From assembly GCA_965277805.1 (NCBI GenBank), contig OZ255842.1, positions 3,424,001 through 3,488,000 on the forward strand: DNA of 64,000 nucleotides. Direction: 5' to 3'. Below, piece by piece: positions 56,101-59,046 of the stretch (within the stretch, counting starts at the first letter, position 1; each line of letters opens with the position of its first letter). The position numbers were made by a program, and so were the translations under genes. This DNA comes from Candidatus Lustribacter sp. (GTDB lineage: Bacteria > Vulcanimicrobiota > Vulcanimicrobiia > Vulcanimicrobiales > Vulcanimicrobiaceae). The notes beneath the pieces were generated by a model. It made no database searches, had not been told where the DNA came from, and worked only from the letters and a program-made list of their open reading frames with translations.

Positions 56101-59046
56101 GCCGTCCGAGAAATTGCCCGAGCCGTCCTGGCCCGTCTCGACGTTGCCGTTGCTATAGACGTAGACGGAGCCCGCGTCGTTGCCCGAACCGCCCGCGCCG
56201 CCCATCGAAAGAGCGATGCTGGGACCGACCGAAGCCGCGCCGGCCACGCTGAACCCGCCGCTGCCGCCGCCGCCGCCGATCGACTGCGCGACGATGCCCG
56301 ACGCATACGCGCCGTTCGTCGTGATGTTCGCGGCCGAGCCGAGCCCGTTGTACACGGTGACGGACTGCGCGAATCCGCCGGCGGCGCCGCCGCCGCCGAT
56401 CGCAAACGACGCCGCGCTGCCGCCGCCGAGCGCCGCGCCGACGCTGAGCCCGCCGTTGCCGCCGCCGCCGCCCAGCGATTGGGCGAGGATGCCGTCCGAA
56501 TCGTCGCCGCGGGTCGTGATGCTGTTCGTGCTTTGAACGTAGACGTTATTTGAAGACGCGCCGCTGCCGCCGCTCCCGCCGACCGCGAGCGCCGCGCCCG
56601 ATCCGAACGAGAAGTTCCCGGCCACGCTCGCGCCGCCGTCGCCGCCGCCGCCGCCGATCGACTCCGCAACGATGCCCGAGGAGCGATTGCCGACCGTCGT
56701 GATCGCGCCGCCGCTGCTGAAAATCGTGACCGTGCTGGCCGTCTGGCCGCTGCCGCCCGATCCGCCGACGCCGACGGCCGCCGAGGCGCCCGCGCTGAAG
56801 TCGAGCGAGGCCGCCAGCCCGCCGGTCCCGCCGCCGCCCCCGACGGACTGCGCGAAGATGCCGTTCGAATCGTCACCCGTAGTGCCGATGCCGGCCGCGT
56901 TAAACACCGTGACCGATTGCCCGATGCCGCCCGCCGCTCCCGAACCGCCGTAGGCGAGGCCGGCCCCGACCGCCGAGATCGTGGCCGCAACGCTGAAGCC
57001 GCCGTTGCCGCCGCCGCCGCCGATCGATTGGGCGAGGATGCCGTTGGAGTCGGCGTTCGCGGTGTTGATTTGACCGCTGTTGTTAACGTAGACCGTGTTG
57101 CCGTCGCCGCCGTGCAGGCCGGATCCGCCGACCGCAAGTCCGCCCGCGGCGAGCCCGAGGCTGCCCGAAATCGCAAAGCCGCCCGAACCGCCGCCGCCGC
57201 CGATCGACTGCGCGAAGATGCCGTCGGACAACTGGCCGCTGGTGGAAATGGAATTACTGTTGATGACGTTGACCGTGCCGGAGTCGCCGCCGGCGCCGCC
57301 CGTCCCGCCGACGGAAATCGCGACGGCCGCCAAACCGACCGCAGCCGAGAAAGCGAAACCACCGTTGCCGCCGCCGCCGCCGACCGACTGCGCTTGGATG
57401 CCGCTCGAGCGGTCGCCGAACGTCTGGATGCTGGCCGAACCGGTCGTGTCGACGAACACGTTGCCGCCGACGCCGCCGGAACCGGCGTTGCCGCCGATCG
57501 CAATCGCGCCGCTAAACCCGGCGCTCGCGGCGCTTCCCCCATTGCCGCCGCCGCCGCCGACCGACTGCGCCAGAATCGCCGACGAATCGTTGGAACGGGT
57601 CTCGAGATTGCCGGAGTTCGTGACGTTGACGTTGCCGCCGTCGCCGCCTTCACCGCCGCCGCCGCCGACCGAGAACCAGCCGGTCGCGCTGCCGCCGTTG
57701 CCGCCGCCGCCGCCGACCGACTGTGCGAAAATAGCCTGAGCTCCGTACGTGGCCTGCTGGCCGTTGACGAACAGACTCGATCCCGTCGCCCAAGTCGTGA
57801 CGTTGGCGGAATTGGTGACGTTGACGGTGCCGGCGCCGCTCGTCGACGAGCCGGTGCCGCCGACCGCAAACGCGCCGCTGCCGTTGCCGCCGTCGCCGCC
57901 GCCGCCGCCGACCGACTGCGCGAAAATGCCCTTGGACGCCACGCCGTAGGTGACGATCGAACCTTGCGTGTTGACGACAACGTCGCCGCCCGCGCCGCCC
58001 GTTTGGGCCGCGCCGCCGAATCCGACCAAGCCGGAACCGCTGCCGCCGGAGCCGCCGCCGCCGCCGACCGATTGCGCCAAAATCCCGTACGAACCGTTGT
58101 TGGTCGTTTCGATGCTCGACCCGGCATCCATGATCGCCGTCGCGTTACCGCCCGAGCCGCCGTTGGCGCCGTTGCCGCCGAACGATGCGAGACCCGCAAC
58201 GCTGCCGCCGCTGCCGCCGAATCCGCCGACGCTCTGCACGAACATGCCGAAGGCGGAGACGCCCTCGGTCAAAATCGAACCGCCGGTCTGCAATTCGCCG
58301 GTGGCGCTGCCGCCAGACTGCGCGTTGCTGCCCGAACCGGCGCTTCCATAGAAGAGACCAAAGCCGCCGCCGCCGTTGCCGCCGCCGCCGCCGACCGACT
58401 CGATGAACATCCCGTGGGCGCCGTCGCCGTAGGTCTGGATGGCGGTCTGGACTTGGACGTTGATGCTGCCGCCGAGCCCGCCCGCCGCTCCGCCGCCGCC
58501 GTCGCCGACGAAGCCGTCACCATCGCCGCCGTTGCCGCCGACGCCGCCGTCGCTCGAGCCGAAAACGCCGTAGCCTTTCGTCCCGGTCGTCGTTATCCCG
58601 AGCAGGTTGCTCAAGTTGATCGTGGCCGTCAGCGAGCCGCCGTTGCCGCCCGATCCGCCGTCGGCACCGCCGCCGCCGAGATAGTACGTGCCGCCGCTGC
58701 CGCCGTTGCCGCCGTTGTCGAAGATCGCGAAACCGCTGCCCGACGACGTGAAAATTGCGGTGCCGGGATTGCCGCTGGAATAGTTGACCGGCGAGCCCGG
58801 CGATGCGCCGTTACCGCCGCCGCCGCCGCTGTCGGGCGAAACGAACAATGCGCCGTCGCGGCCGTTGCCGCCGTCGCCGCCGCTGTCGTTGATCGACTGC
58901 GCGCCGATGCATGAAATCGTGTAACCGTTCGGATTCGGCAGCGTCGAGCAGTCGGTTGGATTCGCTTGCGCAGCGCGCGGCGAACATGCTGCGATCAGCG
59001 TTGCAACGACGACCGCAACCGTTACCGCAAACGATTTATGTTTCAC
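35176..59046 (-). CDS. giant glycine-rich repeat autotransporter (7956 aa)
   Basis: Uninterrupted 23.9-kb ORF; N-terminal signal peptide; AQS(I/V/L)GGGGG repeats; helical linker then about 280 aa of amphipathic strands ending in Phe (INLEQRF), as expected for a type V secretion beta-barrel. Confidence 0.9.
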   Translation of the reverse strand: MKHKSFAVTVAVVVATLIAACSPRAAQANPTDCSTLPNPNGYTISCIGAQSINDSGGDGGNGRDGALFVSPDSGGGGGNGASPGSPVNYSSGNPGTAIFTSSGSGFAIFDNGGNGGSGGTYYLGGGGADGGSGGNGGSLTATINLSNLLGITTTGTKGYGVFGSSDGGVGGNGGDGDGFVGDGGGGAAGGLGGSINVQVQTAIQTYGDGAHGMFIESVGGGGGNGGGGFGLFYGSAGSGSNAQSGGSATGELQTGGSILTEGVSAFGMFVQSVGGFGGSGGSVAGLASFGGNGANGGSGGNATAIMDAGSSIETTNNGSYGILAQSVGGGGGSGGSGSGLVGFGGAAQTGGAGGDVVVNTQGSIVTYGVASKGIFAQSVGGGGGDGGNGSGAFAVGGTGSSTSGAGTVNVTNSANVTTWATGSSLFVNGQQATYGAQAIFAQSVGGGGGNGGSATGWFSVGGGGGEGGDGGNVNVTNSGNLETRSNDSSAILAQSVGGGGGNGGSAASAGFSGAIAIGGNAGSGGVGGNVFVDTTGSASIQTFGDRSSGIQAQSVGGGGGNGGFAFSAAVGLAAVAISVGGTGGAGGDSGTVNVINSNSISTSGQLSDGIFAQSIGGGGGSGGFAISGSLGLAAGGLAVGGSGLHGGDGNTVYVNNSGQINTANADSNGILAQSIGGGGGNGGFSVAATISAVGAGLAYGGSGAAGGIGQSVTVFNAAGIGTTGDDSNGIFAQSVGGGGGTGGLAASLDFSAGASAAVGVGGSGGSGQTASTVTIFSSGGAITTVGNRSSGIVAESIGGGGGDGGASVAGNFSFGSGAALAVGGSGGSGASSNNVYVQSTNSITTRGDDSDGILAQSLGGGGGNGGLSVGAALGGGSAASFAIGGGGAAGGFAQSVTVYNGLGSAANITTNGAYASGIVAQSIGGGGGSGGFSVAGAASVGPSIALSMGGAGGSGNDAGSVYVYSNGNVETGQDGSGNFSDGILAQSIGGGGGNGGFAVGADLSATAGAAVGFGGSGGGGGKGLDVTVNSNGTVKTNGEGANGIAAQSIGGGGGNGGFSVAGSLAAAAGGSLSFAGAGGTGNQASSVTVSSTGSVITTGDDSAGILAQSIGGGGGQGGFSISAAVSAGAALAASFGGTGGPGSFSSAVTVSSGTAGSEAMIATEGQRSDGILAQSIGGGGGDGGFSVGAAGSGEASLAASLGGGGGTGSTAGNVTVTSFTNIMTGIDPATGKFTGNGDSSNGIQAQSLGGGGGSGGFSIAGSASFGVGAAGSIGGKGGSGDDAGIVTVTNVGSIFTAGEQANGIEAQSIGGGGGNGGYSIAGNLTIDAGAGLSLGGSGASGGKGMAVTATNVGNMGTYGDDSDAILAQSIGGAGGNGGFSVAGGLSTGASAALSFGGAGGTGSSAGNVVAGNGSTAFEGTIMTDGSRSSGIVAQSIGGGGGNGGFSVAGAVANGAISGSFGGSGAAGGNAGTVTVTNYSNIYTGDNPYATSLEGGPLPALVDNGIADDNSSSGIIAQSIGGGGGNGGFSIDGSASTYASGSLSFGGHGSGGGVAMGVSVFSVGNIGTAGDNSAGILAQSLGGGGGNGGFSAAGALSGGASASLTFGGGAGTGAQGGAVTVATYGSITTLGNDSSGIYAESVGGGGGSGGFSIAGTASGDAGLSASFGGAGGTGATSGAVTVNNGTISTGPGTYLNTVLSNITTSGDRSDGITALSIGGGGGSGGFSVAANASGGYSLGASFGGAGAAGSDAAAVSVESYGAIATGTGSGQDDDSDGIRAQSIGGSGGDGGFSVAASATLSAGGNVNFGGSGGDGGAGLSVFVASTGQITTDGEHSVGILAQSIGGGGGDGGFGISGGLAAGSTANLSFGGSGSVGGTASTVTVSSTGSIGTTGDDSSGIEAQSLGGGGGSGGFSIAGSIGSGAALSLGFGGKGAGGGAANNVSVTEAGTIIQTDGSRSDGILAQSIGGGGGDGGFSVAGSAGSGPAIAVGFGGKAGTGSDAGTVTVVSAANIHTGADGSGDFSDGIQAQSIGGGGGNGGFSIAASAGTSLTGSVGFGGSGSGGGNAMAVSVTSTGTIQTDGSHADGIAAQSIGGGGGNGGFAIAGSLSTSGTASVSFGGSGSNGGTASTVTVHSLGGIETDGSDSNGILAQSLGGGGGNGGFSITGSLSGSGSLSAAFGGKGGSGATAGNVFVTSGSSAVISNIITDGDRSNGILAQSIGGGGGNGGFSVDAVAAGGPALGASFGGTGGAGSNAGMVMVTSVGSIMTDGVESNGIAAQSIGGGGGNGGFAVAGALTTGVTGTVAFAGNGGLGDDGKFVKVTSTGNIGTGDSNSAGILAQSIGGGGGNGGFAVDGALTTGSAAGLAFGGGGAQGGDAGNVVVNSTTTSTAPGNDGIIMTVGDDSSGIQAQSIGGGGGNGGFAVDGTVTTGSSASVALGGSAAAGGTAGNVTVASQGANGGAAAIVTGGNSSAGIQAQSIGGGGGNGGFAVGGSIGNGTNVSVALGGSGASGGTAGMVTVTSNTAITTGGNGSVGIQAQSVGGGGGNGGFSVVGDISGSGRTIGVSLGGSGAAGGTSDAVTVTNGSTTSSVDIVTGGSSAAGIQAQSIGGGGGNGGFSVAGGLSAGNSINLSIGGSGGGGASSGAVSVTDYGDISTSGVQSDGIQAQSIAGGGGNGGFSIAGGASNAPSASFSLGGSGGSATSTTAGAVTVVSVGNISTRLDQSDGILAQSIGGGGGNGGFSIAATGANGSAASISAGGTGGAAGASGNVAVTSTGNIQTMGNESDGIAAQSLGGGGGNGGFSVAGTLSNGTSAAISLGGKGGTGGAAGTASVTSLTAVTIQTGGSSSNGILAQSLGGGGGNGGFSVAGDLSNGSGASVSLGGNGGMGSTGNDVTVTSDATIITNGSSSNGIEAQSVGGGGGNGGFSVAGTLANGSDAALSFGGSGGGGAKAGNVSVTNTGAGINTGTGDFSNGILAQSIGGGGGNGGFSVAGAGSTGKAASVTMGGSGGGASDAGNVTVISGYGTVADSIVTGGMQADGILAQSIGGGGGNGGFAVGASGSSGFNAAVTLGGSGALGGAAGDVTVAANTQVQTTNAFSAGIAAQSIGGGGGNGGFAVSGSVSNASSAALALGGSGGGGAIAGDVDLSSLQSISTGGDQSVGLLAQSIGGGGGNGGFSAAGGVSNGTSADISLGGAGGVGAHSGNVILDSGQAGGVVSITTGGEGSDGILAQAIGGGGGSGGMSVAAGLATTRVVPLSEGGTGGGGKDGGTVDVESYSTIATTGDQSAGLAAQSIGGGGGAAGMAIEGKLTKTGIGAGMGFGTGGAGGNSMAVTVGSFSQITTTGDESDGILAQSIGGGGGYGGIGVLGDVESDMGILMGGNSTDSGGNAGTVTVTSTGSIGTTGSVSNGILAQSIGGGGGDGGITVKFAGTTSGGAASALSLGLGRSGGAAGGADDVTVTSTGALIMTTGASSNGIEAQSVGGGGGNGGLVATGSATPGYAVGFSLGGSGGNGGDSGNVTVTNSSMLVTTNDISDGILAQSLGGGGGNGGFAIQAIASGSRTGQVAIGGSGGAASNGHDVTVTNSGNITTSGMQSVGIAAQSIGGGGGNGGFVIAGTISNGAQSAGLTLGGSGGGGGSAGDVTVSNTASIQTALDGSHGIEAQSIGGGGGNGGFSVAGGISDGSSFRVALGGSGGSGGIAGDVIVNSGTTTSTTTITTAGLNSIGILAQSVGGGGGAGGFGAAASAGTGATLDLGIGGTGGTGGDSKTVTVSNDSGIGTLGDYSAGIMAQSIGGGGGDGAFSIAASATLKTSGAMGIGGSGGTAGNAGAVTVTNSALISTGGAHSDGIEAQSVGGGGGDGGFTVAAALTAANGAGISLGGAGSGGGNAGAVSVTSTNSISTLDDESNGIFAESVGGGGGSGGMAITGGITAGSGNIGLAFGGNGSGGGSAAAVNVTSGTSTATALTTTGAHSDGILAQSIGGGGGDGGMSVQGGISSGASIGFSMGGSGAGGGVAGTVNVTDSSAVATTGDFSAGIAAQSIGGGGGSGGLSISGNASNKVTGSFAIGGGGGTASNGEAVGVTVSANIVTTGEHADGISAQSIGGGGGDGGFSVAGTISTGTGGAGLTMAGSGAGGGVGGTVAVNDIASVQTNGNDSHGIFAQSIGGGGGAGGMAVTGGISAGSGQIGLAFGGAGGAGGNASAVSVTTGQNVTGTEILTGTSTTGTHSDGILAQSVGGGGGDAGMAISGGIGVGTQAAFSLGGSGGAGGNAGTVTVVNNALIATQQEYSHGIAAQSIGGGGGDGGMAITGTVGSGLAADIGVGGSGGTAGNASAVSVTGTSQITTAGDHSDGILAQSVGGGGGDGGMAVSGSISKAANTAFTLGGSGGGGGVAGNVAVTQLGSIQTAGDTSDGILAQSLGGGGGSGGFALDGTFSGTGSLSLAFGGKGGTGGDAGTVTVLNSGATPTTGEILTGGLHADGILAQSIGGGGGDGGLSVAGTMDNGTGIAFSMGGSGGIAGAGKAVAVTNQSSITTTGDLAAAIAAQSIGGGGGSGGLAISGSVGSPSAADAASVDVAIGGGGGAGTNAGNVTVSNTGQITTGGTDSYGVFAQSAGGGGGSGGLSGTLAAATGSDAKNVSVSIGGTGGSGGAAGNVTVANNGEIQTTGVAGTAVYAQSVGGGGGDGGYGLAVDLGASTGAVDLSVALGGHGGSGGVAGDVTASNSGIISTTANNAEGIFAQSLGGGGGNGGMSVSAGVSVSTTGKQLGISLGGSGGTGNNAGNVLVDNTGTIVTTGDKASAVDAESIGGGGGNGGMSIAGAIGGTNLTVALGGSGGDAGNAGTVTVTNAGDISTGNALTGTGTQSYGIFAQSLGGGGGNGGLAFAGSAGVGGNAQLSISVGGSGAGGGTGNAVSVSDSGNIFTSGAQGNGIFAQSIGGGGGNGGMAFGASLLAGGDNVALSVAVGGTGGSGNTSSTVTVEHDSGVISTTGDQAIGILAQSIGGGGGTGGLSGTLAASAGADAKNIGISVGGSGGSGAASGDVTVNNDGQVYTNGLAASAIVAQSIGGGGGDGGYGISAQLGVSTGATDLSVALGGSGGTGGTAGDVGVTNTGTLSTYGDNANGIQAQSIGGGGGTGGMAISAAISVSPTGKQLGVTLGGNGGSGNDAGNVSVTNTGTIVTVGNTASGIDAESLGGGGGDGGMAISGAIGGTNLTIALGGSGGDAGNAGNVSVTNTGDIGTGSTTSGTQSYGIFAQSLGGGGGNGGMAFSGSAGAGSDASAEISVALGGTGGGAGTAGNVDVNDNGNIVTSGDGAHGIFAQSLGGGGGNGGFTFAGSLLAGSAGGANTTMTLAFGGSGGAGNTSGTVTVLHQGGIQTSGDGAYGIDAESIGGGGGNGGFSGALAAGTGAESKSISATFGGAGGAGSASSDVSVTNTGDIITTGSAATGVDALSLGGGGGDGGFGLAASIGPSSGSTNLSFAFGGSGGGGGTSGNVSVNNTGGISTQGNNALGILAQSIGGGGGDGGMSIAADASVVTSARQLSLAFGGSGGTGNDSGTVGVTNSGTIVTQGDNAAAIDAESIGGGGGRGGMAIAGALGGMNLTLAFGGSGGDAGNAGAVTVNNTGDIGTGNAANGTGLDSYGIFAESLGGGGGNGGASFSGAASAGSDQVQASLALGGAAGGGGTAGDVGVTDNGTIVTSGAGAHAIFAQSLGGGGGNGGMSFAGDASLGGANIALTIAIGGGGGAGNTSGNVSVTHGGDIATSGQGAEGVLAQSIGGGGGNGGFSGTLAAGTGADAKNVAITVGGAGGSGSASGNVTVGNTGNIVTTGQAATGVDAESIGGGGGNAGFGLAMALGTSSGSTNVSLALGGKGGSAGTAGDVNVTNSGTISTTGDNALGVLAESIGGGGGNGGFSVAADITAAASSKQLGVSIGGAGGTGNDAGTVGVTNAGTIVTTGNAAAAIAAESLGGGGGNGGMAISGSLVGSNINLALGGSGAGAGNAGNVNVSNAGNIETGNATANSGTNSYGVFAQSLGGGGGNGGLSIGADAGNGSAQIGLSIGGSGGAAGTGGDVTVADSGVIITNGTDAHGIFAQSVGGGGGNGGAGFAASAGTSNANALDIALGGGGGAGTNSGNVTVTHDTGDIDTLGQGANGIYAQSLGGGGGTGGFSGTLAAGTGASTKHVAIDIGGTGGDGGAAGNVSVSNTSNVVTTGSAANGIVAESQGGGGGDGGFALAVDLSNGAGATNASMSFGGNGGSGGSAGTVTVNNTGIVSTSTDNSTGIFAQSLGGGGGNGGFAVAAGISTSQTAKQLALSLGGSGGTGNDASGVTVTNSGTVVTTGDNAIGISAQSQGGGGGNGGLAVSGALGGMNIALGLGGSGGDAGNAGNVSVTNTGDVGTGDATNGTGTNSYGIFAESLGGGGGNGGLAISADAGSSTDAKAEVAISVGGTGAAGGTGGDVNVDDSGNVVTSGNGAHAIFAQSIGGGGGNGGGSVSGSVAKTTTDVNTVALSLGGSGGTGNTGGDVTVTHDTGGISTSGDGAYGIDAQSVGGGGGTGGFAATLAAGTGTDTKHVAVALGGTGGTGGAAGDVTVQNDGEVYTSGAASTGIYAQSLGGGGGDAGFALGVAIGPTMGAVNVSVALGGTGGTGGVGGNVNVTNTGNVITNTDNAEGINAESIGGGGGNGGVSVTADVSNNAANKNLSLSLGGSGGTGNNAGNVNVNNTGAVSTVGDNAAGIDAESVGGGGGRGGLSVAAGISGMNMSVALGGSGGGAGNGGDVTVNNSGDVLTGSYDPTTDVITGTKSYGIEATSIGGGGGNGGMSFAAGAGSGSNKAQAEIGVSVGGSGGAGGTGGNVAVNADGNVLTIGAEAHGIFAQSIGGGGGNGGFSFAGSSLRNTDKGGANVSVAMAVGGGGGTGNDGGTVTVTHDTGQIVTIGDGAMGIFAQSIGGGGGNGGGSRAFTQLSDAKKCDAGSTTCGTQNWNLAASIGGSGAGASNGGAVTVTNGGQISTSGGDAADIFAQSVGGGGGTGGDGNNGLIGPALNALVGITGVSVPSSDGSRRSEQTVGGAQTEAATTPAPATQSVQQSVYQNLQLNVGGSGGSSGNGADVNVTNSGALFATGDGAQAIFAQSVGGGGGVGGAGSTGVKGGIGIGGSGGSSGNGGDVAVTNTGMITTGGAAGYGVFAQSIGGGGGAAGNINRGLGKLDLGSGIAVGNTGGGGGNGGKVTVNNTGDIVTAGAGAEGIFAQSIGGGGGVAGSSGNSLTATSAVAALALAGSAGAAGAGGDVNVVETGNITTSGANADGIFAQSVGGQGKGGNVNVTVIGSVVALGTGSDGVVAQSTGGTVAATQSVATNVRTVQGSRVGINNTTVTPQDASATSNSGNVTVTITDGTTIQAGPGAVGVRLVGGANNMLINDGTIMTSDGLNGTAVSDTDGNNTIQNNGYLVGSLALGTGKSDLTNTKGYVAGTTLGLGTGTFTNLGQFSVGGTSNVGVTTLTGSFVQFGGDSLVDLDLSHKIADQLNLNAVASIGGNIDLTLLNIPTALPGTYKFDIVTAQGGLTAPNVVLNAPVSAIATYALSTVNNTDLRLTWTINYSPNFGLDGDSLGYSRSMFGNYLAAIQNAGSNTAFGNLISSIFAIPDGATLANLYSHISPGSLAPIEFTTLTSSQQFANRMMSCGYIASSCEWGSLDSFALNQSVTANTVGVGSLGAGFNYGSEQAIGRGWSLGGGIQYEQHSMTLNGGVASASGDLLQGGLFVGHRTAHGTSVNAGVTYGWEDDSTQRNVNYPDPSIVSLGRLQSSVIGTHLRLAHEYDRSTTAFTPYVDLSATRINVMNDLEHGNAGFLTANLAGHGDTFTAGQAGINIDPRAGIGNTGFTPSLRLGMTQSLGNPQTTVAGSLIGAPAGVQNFELPSKFDKTAFDVAPSLSTNQRPGQMNVRLSGDYRVSGRSQGLTASINLEQRF
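37130..58600 (-). repeat. coding tandem repeat, unit about 61-68 aa: GIxAQSIGGGGGNGG-(strand)-(strand)-GGxGGxGGxxGxVxV...IxTxGxx
   Basis: Recurring gccgccgccgccgatcga(c/t)tgcgc on the + strand roughly every 190 nt; on the order of 110 units (estimated, not counted). Confidence 0.95.
38160..45240 (-). repeat. higher-order repeat: six copies of a six-unit block (about 1.16 kb)
   Basis: Marker (T/A)LAAxxGxxxK recurs near 45145, 43987, 42823, 41665, 40513 and 39346. Confidence 0.85.

Noticed and set aside
37130-58600. Regularly spaced near-constant DNA word resembling a CRISPR array or (GCC)n microsatellite
   Set aside because: Period is about 190 nt, the word varies at synonymous positions and stays in frame as AQSIGGGGG; no cas genes are present.
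36517-58914. Many long + strand and off-frame ORFs (Pro-rich, Ala/Arg-rich, up to 1239 aa)
   Set aside because: Shadow frames of GGC-rich codons in the giant minus-strand gene; low complexity and no independent motifs.
35176-59046. PE_PGRS, RTX or ice-nucleation protein call for the giant ORF
   Set aside because: No PE domain, no regular GGxGxDxL nonapeptides, no AGYGSTxT repeats; the C-terminus fits an autotransporter barrel.
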